Source of the DNA: Takakia lepidozioides
Lineage: Eukaryota > Plantae > Bryophyta
Reading direction: 5' to 3'
Assembly (NCBI GenBank): GCA_030704615.1
Contig: CM060733.1
Span: forward strand, 27,156,001 to 27,220,000
DNA: 64,000 nt
Shown: piece by piece, positions 1-17,911 of the stretch
How the letters are laid out: each line of letters begins with the position of its first letter
How positions within the stretch are numbered: position 1 is the first letter of the stretch
Notes under the pieces: model-generated
Databases searched by the model: none
Told to the model about the DNA's origin: nothing
Seen by the model: only the letters and a program-made list of their open reading frames with translations
Made by a program: the position numbers and the translations under genes

Positions 1-420
1 ACACAAACTAGAATAGAAGTACTTCTCAACTTTTTTCCAAAACAACTCGATGCCTTTTAGGCTTTCATTGCAGGTTTATATACCCTTCACAATATGATTA
101 TTTATAAAGGTTTGACTTGAGAGCCTCAAGTCAAAGCTCCAAAAGTCAACCTTCCTAGGTTTGACATATTCTCCACAATACGACTTTATCAAAGATACTT
201 GCTAAAGTCAACCTTCACAGGTTTGCCATATTCTCTACAATATGACTTTATCAAAGATTTGACCTACTCTCCATAATATGGATATCTTAGAGGTTTGACT
301 TGAGAGCCTCAAGTCAAACTTCCTTAAGTCAAACTTCTTAGGATCTTTCCTAGTTATTCTAGAAACTTTTAGGGAACTTTCCTCCTCTATCTAGAACCTT
401 CTAGATTCTACCTTGTTACA
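1..420 (-). mobile_element. 3' LTR (runs off the window edge) of a minus-strand Ty3/gypsy element
   Basis: Ends ...gttaca at 420, followed by attctcccctc (reverse complement of a polypurine tract) and then by integrase/chromodomain remnants. Confidence 0.7.
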
Positions 421-439
421 ATTCTCCCCTCTTTCAAGA

Positions 440-1700
440 AGCAACATCCTTGTTGTTCGAATTTTCAAAAGCTTGAATTGCCAATTGAGCATTTGCGAGA
501 TTTTGCACCGGTTCTAAGTAGCTTCATATAATGGAAATCCTTTCCATAAAACCAAATACTCCAACACCTCATGTCGCCCTCGTTTGTATGTGCGTTTTTT
601 CAGAACACAGTCGACCTCTCACTCTTCATTTCCGTCTATCAACTCTGGTAAATGTTATAGTTCTTGATTATATTTTAATATTGATGGTCGAGGTTCGTAA
701 CGACGTAGTAGAGAAACGTGAAACACCGGGTGGATCTTCATATGTGGTGGTAACTCCAGCTTGTATGCTACTGCTCCAATGCGTTTAATGATCGAAAAAA
801 GACCAATGAACCGTGCCCCTAGTTTTCGCGATCCAATGATGTGTAAATTGGTTGTAGACAACTACACTTGATCCCCAACTACAAACTCCTCATCCTGTCG
901 ACGTGCATTTGCATACTGTTTTTGACGATTTTGGGCAACCATCAGCTTCTCTTTAGCTTGACGTACTCCCTGTCGAATTTGTTGCACAAATGCGTTAGTC
1001 GCGGCTACCTTGGATAACTCCTCTTTTGGTAAATTGAACTTCGTAAGAGTTGTTGGCACATTGGGTGTTCACCATACATAAAAAAGAAATGAGTTTCTTT
1101 CGTTGACGCGTTGACCGAGTTATTGTATGAAAATTCTACCAATGGTAATAACCAATCTCACTCTTCTTGTTCTTCTAACGTAAAGGCCCGCAACATGTCT
1201 TCAATTGTACGATTTGCTCGTTCTGTCTGTCCATCTGACTCCGGATGATAGGCTGTTGACATAGCTAATTTGGTTTTAAAAATACCAAATAAGTTTTTTC
1301 AAAACAACCTAGTAAATTGGGTACCCCTATCAGTAATGAGAACTTTAGATAGCCCAAACTCCAACATGTCCTGCTATCGCCGTATCATGAGCTTCAAACA
1401 AGACTTCTGTCTTCAATGCAGGTTTATCAGGGATCCAAAGTTTACCTTATGTGAATACCAACCCTCAAACTTCTGTCACTTTGCCCTTCTTTTAGCGTCC
1501 ACGATCTCCCCATCATCTTTAGAAGCCGTCGTTATCTTGTTCCACCAATCGGGTTGAATGTTGATTTCTATCAATGTGTTCATGCGCGGCATTCTTGTCA
1601 TTGCATCTGCCAGTTGCCGTTTTCCCTCCACATAGACGATCTTCATATTAAATTGTTGTCGTCACTCCGCCCAATGAATCTGTCCCTGCATCGGAGGTCG
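440..1700 (-). pseudogene. Degenerate Ty3/gypsy (chromovirus-like) integrase C-terminus
   Basis: Fragments AQNRQKQYANARR..F.VGDQV and KLGARFIGLF..IKRIGAVAYKLELP..KIHPVFHVSLL, plus a [14 protein letters not shown] motif near 1215-1262; multiple stops. Confidence 0.85.
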
Positions 1701-4673
1701 TGTGCCTAGAAGGATCACAAAATGTAGTTTTAGAAACAATTTGAATTCAACAAAATGTACTCGGGTGCAATTCGGGGAACCCAAAATCATGTCTTATATT
1801 CTGACAAGTGTTGTCTTTCCTATATCACGTGACTGTGGCATGACCAAACTAAAAAGTCGCGAAGGAAATGAATGAAATGGAATTATACGGGGCCGAGACA
1901 TCTATACATCTATACATATTTATAACACTGATGCATATTAATATGTCATGTTGACTTAGAAATTTATGGTGGGCGGTATATATTATGGGGATGAACAATT
2001 CTTGCAAAGTGGAGGAGCAAACCCCAGTGGAGGGAGGGATGAGGGGAAGGGTGCAACACTGGGGGGACTTCTTGGGAGGTCACCCACGACAGTACTATTT
2101 CCACCTAAAGGTGCTTTATCTGATGGGATCTGTTGTGGTAGCCTTGGTATGACCACCATCCCTATCTTTTTAGGCGATATTCAGCCTAAAAACATAAAAA
2201 AAGAAGGTTACGCCGACAGTACCCCTCAACACTGACAAACTGAGAATGTGACAACCCAGAGCGCAAGTCCTCAAAAGTCCATAGCTCCATGAAAATCCAT
2301 CTAACTTGCAAAATGATCTTACCAGCATGTAGGTATGGTGAATGGCTATCAATATTCAATCTCTCATTTGGGATGAAGATAAACTTATTTGCACAATGTT
2401 ATAGATTATATGAAGAGCACTCACTAAAAAACTGTAGTGTGACGTCCAATCTGAGCCACCTGATCTTGCACTCACCCAAGCCATACAACAGAGTAAGAGC
2501 CTCCCATTGCATTTTTTCAGAGAATAGCAGTGCTTGCTTAGAAATGCCCATTCTGTCCGAGATATTTTCCACCATATTGAAGACCCAACCAGCCTCGCTG
2601 GTAAGCTTGGCTTACTCACATTCTTCCTTCGCACCGCTCTTTGTTTACTCCTTAGATCCATACAATCCTAGAAAATGCTTTGTGTTGGTAGTCAAGAGTA
2701 TGAAGGAGGATGTGTGATTGCTTCTTTCTCTTCCTCTTCATAGTTTAGTGATTGGATCTGAGGATTTGGAATCACCATTTCCCTCTCTGTCTTGGTTCCT
2801 CGGCTGGCATGTAGCCATTTCTTCTCACTGCAACCCTCTCCTCCCCTCCAGAAAGCAATTTTTTTGTTTAATTATATGATCCATTAGCTCGTTGTGGTTC
2901 TTTAAAGGTGGGTTTTATCCCTCCAGACTGCAGGAATTGCCACCATGACTATTGTTGGATTTCTGTCCTCCCCCCCATGACAGTCCGTGTACCAAGTTCG
3001 CCTTCCTTCCCTCCGGACCATCTCATCTAGCCTTTGGCTGGGGCCTGATCTGGAACCCCCCATGTGAATTTTTCTATTTTCTCCCAAACGTCAGAAGATA
3101 AAGAGATGGGCCTCATCTCTTGCAGGGACTCCCCCGGCAATTATCTTCTTACAAGAGCATAAGCTATCCCTCAACAAAATCTCCTCCTTGGTCAATCAGA
3201 TTTGGCCCTCCTCCAACGCTTGGTGGACTAAAACAATAGAAGACATGGCCGTTTGTCTTGTCAGTGCAGACGTGGCTTAGGGATAGGCTCCGGTGCATCT
3301 TTTTCTCTCTGGCACTTTGGGTGTTATTAATATCCAGTATGCTCTTAATGACACTTCTGACAGACTTGATTTCTGGAATTCCATCCGGCTAAAGATCGTT
3401 GAGAACGATGAGGTTGACAATTTTCTACATATTGGTGAGGTCCAATTTATTGAGTTCCACACAGCAAAGCAAAGCAAAGAAATGGTCGGTAGAGTGAGAG
3501 AAGAGAGAGAATTTATATACTGAGTCAGAGCTGACTTGTTCAAAGCTAAATTAGTGTATGAATTGGGGAGGGCCCGGGGCCACATGTATTTTCTGTACAG
3601 TCTTTTCATTCTTGTTGCCTGCACACAAGACTAGTGTGGTGTGGGACCGGGTGCAGATGCGACCCAGGCGATAAATAAGACAGTGCAGCTGCTGAGGAGG
3701 AGGGGGGAGACTGGAGTGTAGAAGCTGACCCACACTCTGCCATTCTCCGACCAAACAGTCCGCTACCTCAGCTAGCTCCCACCGACTCGGGGTTTCCATG
3801 CATGCAGTAGCTGGTCGATGATTCGCTGTGAGGAGGTGGGTGAAAGTAAAAGTTGGCAGTGGTGAGCTGTCTCGGACGTCCATGGAATGGTAAAGTTTTA
3901 GTTAACGTCCATGGAATGATAGAGAGTAGGGGATACAGAAAGGAAGAAGCGAGGGAGGTCCCATGGCGTGCGCCATGCCCACATCTACTTGCCTGCGATC
4001 CTTCGCCGCCTAACTTGGTCCGCACTCCAAAGGTTGCATGGGATTACTGTGCAGTCTTCAGCATGTGAAGTCTTGGAGACTGTGGCAGCTTGGGGGGTTG
4101 CTCCAGGGAGTGGATGTCGTGACTGGGTCTGTCATGAACTCCGTGTGACTGCCAGGCAGCCTGGGATAATGTCATTTTTGGGTCGCTTGCTCTTGCAGCA
4201 AACCACACCCAGGACATTTCGGTCCTCTTTGCCCTGCAAGGATAGTGAAGTATAGAATTCTCCAAGGCTGCACTCTGACTTAAACTTAAATATTGTTCTC
4301 ACGAAGACTACCATCTGAAGTCACGATTGCGCGTAGCAGACTTTTCTTTGCAGGAGTATTTATGTTCAAGGCCCATTTCCTTCCTCTTGATTCGCTCTCA
4401 CACCTACCACAGCAGAGCTCTACCCTTGGAAATTCAATCTCTCTAGTTTCCATCAACTGACCCTCCTCTTTAGCAACCTTGTACATAGTTCATCCCGGAC
4501 AGATCTCAGTATAACGACGTTGTGGTATTTGAGGACCTGCTTCTGGTACTTTGCATTCTTCAGGCTTGCAAGAAGCCGAGGTCACCAAGTCACAGTTTAG
4601 CTTATACACCTTCACTACATTCAGCACCTTCACACGCAAACCAGCAGGCGTTGAGAAGTGGGTAGTTAGATCG

Positions 4674-8566
<3,893 letters not shown>

Positions 8567-9273
8567 ACACTGACTATTCCTTTCATGAACACTCTGGAAT
8601 CCCAGAGTCGCATCCCCAAGTAGAAATATTGTCTCTCGAACACTACTGCAAGCTGGATGGCAACTGGATGGCTTTTTCCTTTCTTCTGTCGGGATATCTG
8701 CATTTGCCAAGACCCAAACCCCATTTTGGCCTCTTCATTGCCAACCCATCAATTGGTGGGAAGAATGAGGATATATGTATTTGTACAGATACAGATTCAA
8801 AGAGAAGTCAATGTAACCTTCTGACATGAGTCAGTTTGCAGATTACAGTAACCACATCTCTTCTCTGAGAAAATAGAATGTACTCATAAGACGTTGTTTG
8901 GCGTAGCCTTGTGGCCTCTCTGAGAAAATAGAATGGCATAGAAAGGGAAAGAGAAGCAGGATCTTACAAGTAGCGACCAAGGGCTGTGTTACCATGGTAT
9001 GCAGGTCATACCAATGCTACTACGCCAGATCCCATCAGAACTCTAGGTTAGAAACGAAGTCTCTAATAGAAGCCCACTTCTTCTGCTGCCTACAACACAA
9101 TCATCACCCTCACTCCACTCACAGCGACCAGCATCTCGCTTGTAATGACCTTTCCATTTCAATTCAAATTTGCGCCACAAAATAGGGCTTAAAGCTTAAA
9201 CCCTGGACTTCGGATAATTAATATCTTTCTCAGACAATGGATGAATCCACAAAAAATGATTATTTGATCGACA

Positions 9274-10913
9274 CTAAGGGCCACCCAGGATGGCATTTTC
9301 GACATCTTCTCTGCTCAGTGCATAACTGAACTTCCTCTCTACATCCCTCTCCAGGTTCCCAGGTCCACTCTTCTGATATCTGCAATTCATACCGACCCCA
9401 TTATTACTGCACCAAAACAATTTCCTACATTTTCATTCGAGAAACAGTCACAAATGAAACCTATAAAAGGAAAACTGGATCCCTCTAGTCCATCAACAGT
9501 TAAAGGATACAGAAAGAAGATAGCTAGAACATGTATGAATACTGCATGCAAAATAATCACAAAGGAATATGCCAGTAAGCATGTGTCCAGATAGACAGCC
9601 ATTTGACAGCAGGGCATGTGCAACACATGGTAGAGCACAAACTGGAACTGACGACTCCTTGCAAATATGCAAAGAGAGGGGGAGCTGCAGGATTCAATAT
9701 TTCAAATCACATGTTGATGACCAGACAAACCTGGCTATCACCCTTGCTACTGCACAAGCCAGGTTGTCACAGGCCCTTAGCAAAAAGGGTTTGGGCTTTA
9801 GGTTTTAGCTTGGACATTGACATGCTACATAGTGTGTATGCTCTGTGGTTCGCTTGGTGATTCTAACAGAATCGCCAGCCGGAGGATTCATGGGGAAGTA
9901 AATGAGGCCCCTACAGCAAGCTCCTCACCTGCCACAGTGGACCCCACCTGATTTGAGGATTAGGAACAAAAGTGATCTCTCACACAATTTTCAAACTGAG
10001 TGACGCCAAGACAAGGAAGACAGCAGAGCACTGAAAATGTTCATCAATTGCCACATGCTACTGGGTTGGATACAGATAACGTGAGTTGATTACCTGATAT
10101 AGAGTTCTGTGATATCAAGAGAGAGTTGTGCATGCCAGTCAGGCCTCTCCGCTATCCACACCGAGCGGTCATCTTTGCTTTGGAAGAAGTTCAAACTCTT
10201 CAGCCATGCCTCGATGCAAGGGAGACTATGTGAATAGAGTGGCACTTTCTTCTCTGGTAGCTTCTTTGACCACTCTTCCACATCCGTGGTGGTAAGAGCT
10301 GACACTCTGTTATGGTGTCTGCGGGGCCTCACCTTGATATGCCATGGGAGCTTGTAAGCACCTACTGCCTCACCTACAAAGGAGACTAAATTATGAACTC
10401 GATAAAACTTCCATGGCTTGCCTGGACAACGCCTCTCCGACAAAAGTGGCAACCCTAAGGCTCATCCTCCCTCTGCCCCACTTCGATAGATCTACAACCT
10501 TCACACTTACCCGTAACGTGCAGTAAAGCAACCCTGCATTAAAGAAAAACTGACAGACCGTCACAGCAACCTGTCTAGCGATTCTGCGGTCGCATATCGC
10601 CACCCGATAAGCTATGCTCAACTTGCCAACAACAGAGGCAGGAGGAAGAAGAATCAAAACCACAGCCTGGCAATTGAAATTCAATAGGGCACAGAAAGCA
10701 GACACCTCTTAAACCTCCCACCAGACTCCTGGCTTGAGTTGTATACGTGCTGGGTGGTTGGCGAAAGGCGCAGAAGGAAGGAAATGGTGCTGAAGAAACG
10801 GAAGCCTCCTCCACAATGCTGGATTGCCCTCCTTGCCTACATTGCGAATTCCGCCATTGCAAGCTCGCGGCAGCTTGGCAGGGGACCCCTGCCAGCGCCG
10901 TCCGAAAGGACAT
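9274..10913 (-). CDS. DUF3143-family plastid protein (cyanobacterial origin); 3 exons: 10913-10715, 10373-10094, 9379-9274
   Basis: Transit-peptide-like exon 1, then PLYSHSLPCIEAWL..WIAERPDWHAQLSLDITELYIR|YQKSGPGNLERDVERKFSYALSREDVENAILGGP*. GT-AG junctions are in phase. Confidence 0.85.
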
Positions 10914-11946
10914 GACAACGTTGTGTATATCTCGAACCCAAAGACCACAACCTTTGCAGGCACTTGGTAGAGAAACCCACAGAGATGCGTCTTCAGCTTC
11001 TTAAAGCCGAACGAATCTGTGCAACTCGTCTCTGTCTGTGTCGTCTGTGCAATGATACAAGAGAAATCTCTTACACTTTGCAAACGAGCAAAATCGAGGA
11101 CAGTTTGGATAGACGGTACCCATCGCCCATTCGTCACCATTCAACTCGCCCCGGTCCACGTGGCCCACATGTGGCCCGAGAGAGACGGTCGAGTATAGTA
11201 TACCTACACGACAGTTTAGCATGAAGGTCCCAGTGATCCTTGTCGATGGATATTTTTGTTCGGAACTCCTCTCGAAGTATTCCCTGATATCCGAAGTTAC
11301 TTGCCCTCAGTTCTTTCTGCAATTGATTTGTGATGAAGAGGTATCCGGGCTACTTACTAAAGAAGCTTATCGATAACTTCTCCATCTTGGCTTTACGATT
11401 GTTTCTCTCCGTAATGCGAGTATCTGACTCTTTCAAAAATGGATCAAACTACAGTCTTGGAGTTTGGAGTGCTGCTTCAAAGAAAGTCAGTCTTCTGGAC
11501 TCACTTTTTGTACGACTACAATTGGATAGTAAAGGCTCGAGGATCTTCATTTGATCCATGAAAGGTGCAACTCAACATAGAGTGAGAGCATTAGTAATGA
11601 GCTTAGGACCTGCATGTGTTAAAAAGAGGACAACAATCTTCAACAGCAGAACCTGTAATGTGCAACTCTTTTTGGTTTAGACTACATCAGACTGGATTGT
11701 CGTGGCCCAATTGGGGGAAACAGTTACACCTTCAATTTCAGTTATGCTCTACAAGAGATTCAATCTCATCAAGCTACATTGCCAACCATCACTGAAATTA
11801 AACCTCTAACAAAGTGGACTGGAATACTGACACTTTCATGCCTGGCAGACAATCTGGGAGACAGTAGAGTGAGTTAAAGACGGCCAGACTGTTACTGCAG
11901 AATCTGCTGACACTATGTGTATATTGGGTGTAACTTGCTAGAGAAA

Positions 11947-13275
11947 TCACACAGTACTGGCTTTCCTATCACAGTATCTCTTTTCCTTTTCCTCCTGAAA
12001 TTTCTTGGCAATCATGATCATAGAGTCAAAAACTTCAAGGAGGGACTCAAGGCCCTTCGTCTGAGGCTCAAGCAGTCTCAGTGCAAACACAATGCTCTCC
12101 ACTGTTGACAAACAACCAGGCCTAGGTTGACGTCGCACATATCCGTACATACTGGGAGAGGATAAAGGTAAACGGTAGTGCGGCAAGGAGTGCAGCCATG
12201 GATGCTCAAAATAAATGCGTTTTGCCTTCGACCAAGTGCCGTCCAACACTATCAAATGTGTGGGGCGCTCCATTCTTTTGCAATCTCCCTTTTCCTCTGT
12301 CTCCTTGCTGTTGACTGTGCCTTCCACATTTCCTTGCTGTGAGGCAAGCAAACTGGATCCAACATCCAAAGAAACTGGCAACAGATCTACTGCCTTTTCA
12401 CTGGGAAAGAGAAGCCCTACACCCTGTGGCAGGCTAATCCAGGCAGGGACAACATATGGGTCTACAGATTCTTCATCACCCTTACTCTGAGCATCACCTC
12501 CATTACCACTTGACTTACCCAGACTAACTCCAGTCCTATCCCATGAGTTTCTGGTACTATCTTCCTCAACTACAGAAGCAGCAACGTCTTCAATTTCAAG
12601 CTCTTTCCTTACTAGCTGACTAGATTCTACAGTTAGTGTTGGAGTCCTGGGGGAAAGAATGGATTCACCTCTTTGCTCTGCAAACACCTCCTTTTCATTG
12701 CGGACAACCTTCGACCATCCCTTCTTTCCTACCCTGCCAGCAAAGCTACGCTTGGACCCAGGAACTTTGCCGCGAATTCGGTAGGAAATTGAGCCTTCCA
12801 CCTCAGGGATAGAGATCACTTCTATGTTACGCAGACTCAGCGCTGCTATCCTGGCACTCCCTAAATGGTGATTCTTCTCTTCTGGATGTTGTAAAATTGT
12901 TATCCCCACCTGGTTATCAATCACAGTCTTGATCTGGGTACAAATACACAGTGATGCAGCTTTATTGCATCTCTTACAGAACGGTCGCCTTGGGCGCTGG
13001 TTTTGCTGACCCGCCACAGAGCCGTTTGTATCATTTGAGCCCTTGGGATCCAAGTTCATCTGCTGGCTAAATTCCTCAGGCAGCTCCATGTGGGATCCTT
13101 TGTGGAAAGCACTCGAATAATCTTCTGGCTTTCTTATTTTAGTCTCCTCTTCACTCTCTGAAGTGTTAGAGCAGTACAAATCCACTGTAGCAGTGCAAGA
13201 CTTCCTTCGCAAAACCTGCTTTGCCCCTGATACTACAGATGGTAAGCGACTGATGCAAATCCGACTTGCATACAT
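11947..13275 (-). CDS. DTW-domain protein (tRNA-uridine aminocarboxypropyltransferase, DTWD2/TapT-like), intronless CDS
   Basis: CxxC..LCIC zinc motif, ILQHPEE..GSA, LLFP, LIVLDGTWSKA, RRQP..CLSTVE. First ATG at 13275; the ORF track starts at an upstream TTG. Confidence 0.9.
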   Translation of the reverse strand: MYASRICISRLPSVVSGAKQVLRRKSCTATVDLYCSNTSESEEETKIRKPEDYSSAFHKGSHMELPEEFSQQMNLDPKGSNDTNGSVAGQQNQRPRRPFCKRCNKAASLCICTQIKTVIDNQVGITILQHPEEKNHHLGSARIAALSLRNIEVISIPEVEGSISYRIRGKVPGSKRSFAGRVGKKGWSKVVRNEKEVFAEQRGESILSPRTPTLTVESSQLVRKELEIEDVAASVVEEDSTRNSWDRTGVSLGKSSGNGGDAQSKGDEESVDPYVVPAWISLPQGVGLLFPSEKAVDLLPVSLDVGSSLLASQQGNVEGTVNSKETEEKGDCKRMERPTHLIVLDGTWSKAKRIYFEHPWLHSLPHYRLPLSSPSMYGYVRRQPRPGCLSTVESIVFALRLLEPQTKGLESLLEVFDSMIMIAKKFQEEKEKRYCDRKASTV

Positions 13276-13796
13276 TGATGCCGCAGGTGATGCAATCTGT
13301 AAATCTGTTTGAAAAACCTGGTTTCTGCCTCCTTGCTTGCAGAAGATGGGCAACAGCTGCAGAATCAGTCTTCTGTCGTTCAAATATCCTATTCATGCTG
13401 AAGCAGGTGCCTAACAAAAAGAAGGGTTCGCCCAAGCACAAGACTTACACATTGGATGCGAGGTCCTTCGACGTCCTATTGCAAGTGCAACTTGCACAGA
13501 GGGCATTTGGGGGCTAAAACCAAGTGGTCTCCCTGGACCCTTATGTCCGCCATCTGCTAAGATGCACACATCACATGTTTATCTGCACACGTTGAACTCT
13601 GGCAGTCCCACTCGCAGGCTCGATGAACGACCATGCTGCATCAAACTGCAACTGCAATGCAAGCAGCATAGGACAGTCATGAGAACTTCACTGGCCACAG
13701 AATGTCAGAGAGCATTTTGTATGAACAGCGAAACGCCCACCCAGTTATGGGAAGGAGCAGAGGAAAAGAATAGCTATCAAGGCATTACCATACACT

Positions 13797-14115
13797 ATGA
13801 TAGGAGAAAGATTGTATAAGCTAGGACCTGATGGAGTTCTTAAACGATGCTTGTACCACAATGAGGTAAATAAAGTTTTGGAAGAAGTTCGTAAGGGAGT
13901 GGCTGGAGGCCATTTTGGAGAAGAGACTACCAGTAGGAAAATATTACTTGCTGGTTACTGGTGGCCTACCTTGTTTAGAGATGTACACAAGTATTGTAAG
14001 AGCTGTGATGAGTGCCAGAGGCTAGGACCCTTGCAAAGATCTGGGAAGATGGCTTTGCATCTTACAATGCCTACTGAACCATTTCAGAAATGGGGATTAG
14101 ACTTTGTTGGACCAA
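13797..14115 (+). mobile_element. Isolated Ty3/gypsy integrase zinc-binding fragment
   Basis: GGHFG..T..KIL.AGYWWPTLFRDV..YCKSCDECQR...PFQKWGLDFVGP. Confidence 0.85.
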
Positions 14116-15387
14116 AACAGACTGGGAAGGTCATAGAAACATCCAACAAGGATGAAGGTCCAGACCACAAAACATCATTGATGCATTGAGACAGCTCCAA
14201 AGAATCTGAAGAAAACCAGAAAAATACAACAACATTGGGCCCTGGTCCAAAGACATCTAACTATGCTATGACTGCCACCCAATGACATCACATAACTGAA
14301 CGTATGCAAGTCCCAATCTAAGACAGGCCCTTGTAGAAAATGTAGAAGCCAATCAAGCTGAAAACTTCCAATAAACCCTCAACGTCATCCCTCCCCTGCT
14401 GCAATCCACTGATAGAGACCTCGAGGGTAACCAGCTCTTGCAGGTGGTCTGATGGGGGGGTCTGGAGCTCCCTAACCTCCAATTTCAATTTTCAGATGCC
14501 TTCCAAACAAGTAACGAGGGTTTGTAAGGATCATCGGAGGTCACTTGACTCTACATTTTTTATGGCTTCCCATGCAAAGAAGAGCACAACCTCACCCACG
14601 TTTAAATTTTACAGTTTGAGGTCTTCCGCCAAGCAAAAAGGCTCCCCCAGATATGACAAGTTCATAACATATGACAGCAACACAAAAACCACCTCGGGTA
14701 CTGACTCTGTTTCATCATGTCTGCAAACAACACGTATAATGAACCATAACGTCCTCATCTAAGCAGACACAGCGGTTGGAGAACACAAAAACAAAGACAC
14801 AGGAACCTTCTTACAGATGATCAAAGACGGGTCTGCTTTTGAAGCTCTTAACTCACCCCACCGACTGACCACCTGAATTCCGGAAGAAAGATGGTCCTGC
14901 ACACTGATAACTATGTCCCCATCCCCTCTACACTTAGAGCAGGCCAATCAGAGCATCAAACGGAACACCGGCAGGCAGCATAAACCCTTCAGTTCCAAGG
15001 AGGGTGCTCAAGCAACGACGGGGTTGGGGTTTTGGGCTCCGTCGAATCCTCAACTGTGCTCGTGGATGCACATATGTCTACAGAGACGGCCATTTTCATC
15101 CGACAAAAGAGAGCCAGTCACGAATGGAAGCAAAATTTCCTTTCCAGACACATTCATGCACTAAAGACGGACTGCGTGGAGTGTTCTCTTAAGACAGCAA
15201 GCTTTATTGATGTGGACCAAAGGCCAATGTCGACCTTGGTGATCACTAAACAAGAAGGCCTACAAAATTTCAGTTTCAGTTGCTACTACAATCACAGGCT
15301 CCAGATTGCCTTTCTACACAGACTATCTCAGAAAGGGCCCTGCCCATTCGATGATTTGTTATGGGGGAACGTTATCTCCGTGCGCTG

Positions 15388-17457
15388 TCATTGTAGGGAG
15401 GCAAGCCTTTCAATCAAGGCATCAACTGCAGGCTGGCGATCCACCAAGCTCACCCTGCAATACTGTGCGGAGACACCAAAAGCTTCTCCACCTCGTGCGA
15501 GAACGCCTGCTCGGAGGAGGGCCTTCCGGCAGTCTTCCTCCTCCTCGCTCTTCAGCCATAGAAATGCTGCCAGCAGACATCACCGCACGGTGTAAGAGTT
15601 ACTCATTTCTTATTAGACTGCAATTTAAAACAGAAAAGTTTCACTCTGTGTTCCAAACTTGTACCTGGATTGGTGAAGTACGTCGTCCCCGTGAAGGTGC
15701 AGTAAGCAGGCGATGAGAAGTCAGGGATGGTAAACTTTGCGTTGCCATGTAACGCAGATCGAACTGCCTTCCAACGAGCCTCCATCACCTCCTTGCCGAA
15801 ATGAAAAAATAGCTTTTTCTTTGTCAAGCCATTGACTGAAGAAGCTGAGTCTCCGCTGTCCACAGTGAGGTTCTCGTAAGGAGGCCCGCTTAAGCTTGAC
15901 TGCTTGTAACCACTCAGAACAGCTCGAATCATAATAGTCGCACGAATCTGAGAGTCTTGAGATACACCAATGGTAGTCATCTCAATAAACTTCGCCATCT
16001 TCTGAGCCACCTGAGGGGATTTCACGATAGCCCACCTGCAAACGAAAAACGAACAAACGTATCTCAGAGATATGTCATGTTGTCCATGGAGCGTATAACC
16101 AAGACCTGTAACTGGTAATACAAATGATGTCAACTGTTGAGGAAAGTCCTGTACATCTGATCTAGGCATATCTAGACTTATGTAAGCAGACTAGAATCAG
16201 ACAGACGAATTGTTGAGATCATACCCAATGCGCGATCCAGCATGTCCTGTGCACTTGGAAAGTGTGAAAAGCATCACGTCGTGATCTTTTGCACCTGTGA
16301 TTGGTGTGAATGTTGGCCAGTAATAAGCGAGGTCATGAATCACTGATCGGCCAGAAGCGTTCACCTTCAAAGCTTCGCGTATTGTTCCATCGGGATTGTT
16401 GGGTGATGTAACCACCTCAATGTACGCATCATCCTCTGACTTCCTCGAAAAGGTTCTTGCATCGCCGCCCCACTTAAAAAGACCAGACCTCAGAAAGTCC
16501 ACCTGTGCGGGATACGCCTGCTTGATGGGACGATCAACAGCACATGAAATACCGTTAGATCACAAATTGACAAACTAGAGCCACCGTTCTAAGGATCCAT
16601 TTACTGCAAGACTGGTAGCAAAAAACATGTTGAGTCTCGCATGAAGACCGAACGAAAAGTTACTTAGATAGAGAACTGCCTGAACCTCACTGAACCTCAC
16701 TAAGCAGGAGAATTGATAACAGATCTTTAATCACTGCAATCAGTAGTAGGTCAGAGGTCAGCACTTTGAAGTACATTAAGTTACAAAGAAATAAATCGAT
16801 GAAATAAGCACGAAGATTCATACGGAGTAATATGGAGCAGCGGCAATCACTGGTGTTGGAGACGCTTCCTCTGGATTGGACAAAGAATAAACTGCAGCTA
16901 GGAAAAGGTTTGTCGATCCTGTGCCCACGATGACAAAGCGATCTTTCACAATCGCGTTGCCAACAAGATCATGCAAATCCCTCACTGCATCGTCAAGATC
17001 TGCATGGACAAACCAGATGCCTGCAGTATTGTATCCCTTGTTTTCCACAAAGTAGCTCATGCGATCATTGGCTCTGGTCAGATGCTCGTGCTCGACTCCT
17101 GCATAATCCCAGTAGGACTCGAACATAGTTGGATCCCCACTGCAAAATATAAACACGATCATGCGAGTGTCATTGTCTATCTTACTGAAAAGAGCCCAAT
17201 TAAACAATGCATTGAGCTGCTGTAGTTCAGAAGCAACCTGCAAAGCGAGACAGTGCAAAACGGACAGGTGCATGAGGCAAGCCAGATCTATATACAACCC
17301 AAGTCATTCATAACTTCAGCTACGAGGGAATGCCAAATCAAACTCAGAGGTGAAGAGAGAGAGTTCTCCTGTCATGAGTAACATACTGATCGCAGTTCAG
17401 CATCGTCGTTGCAGGGTCCGCTGCCGTGGGGCCAATCGCATAGGTTGCTGTTGCCAT
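15388..17457 (-). CDS. TAA1: Tryptophan aminotransferase TAA1/TAR family (alliinase-like PLP enzyme); 5 exons: 17457-17387, 17139-16824, 16517-16225, 16035-15665, 15566-15388
   Basis: LNCDH|GDPTMFE, IVGTGST, AAPYYS, TSPNNPDG, HDLAYYWP, PLP-lysine motif TLSKCTGHAGSRIGWA, IGVSQDSQIRA. Short N-terminus without an EGF domain; reading frame intact. Confidence 0.9.
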
Positions 17458-17911
17458 CGATCGACTGGTTTGAAGGAACGAACTCTTCAGATAGACGCCC
17501 TCTATCTGTAATCACACTACCCTTCAGAACGACGAACTGCGTTCAGTAAGACTCCTCAGGACTGTATATATACTCAGAACAGGCTCAGAACTCTGGTGCT
17601 CTGCTCGAGACTTACGAAGGGCTCTCTACTGCCGAGGCGTGAACTGCCCTGCCACCAACGACGTCAACTATTCGGATATCCATGGGATATTTTATGGGAT
17701 ATTCGGAGAATGTTCCATCCAATCGGCGGCGCGTACCTGACCGAGGAATGCTCTGGACAAAGGGTCGTGCGCAGCCGTCGATGGCGAGCTCCACCCCCGA
17801 GACTCACGCAGGGCTCACTTATATATTATGAGGACATCCTTGACACACTCACACACGTTCTCATTCGCAGTCCTTCCTCTGTCTTTTGTGTGTTGCTTTG
17901 ACGAAGAGGAG
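17458..17911. promoter_or_regulatory. Putative bidirectional promoter/5' UTRs between the divergent TAA and SPH genes
   Basis: 454 bp between the two ATGs; TATA-like gtatatatac (~17564) and cttatatatt (~17818), with similar motifs in the duplicate copy. Confidence 0.5.

Noticed and set aside
1966-4490. Many short ORFs upstream of the P450
   Set aside because: No recognisable motif, termini or splice-consistent model; possibly decayed TE or gene sequence, left uncalled.
15032-15716. 187-aa and 136-aa plus-strand ORFs
   Set aside because: Antisense shadows of TAA exons and 3' UTR; not preserved as ORFs in the duplicate.
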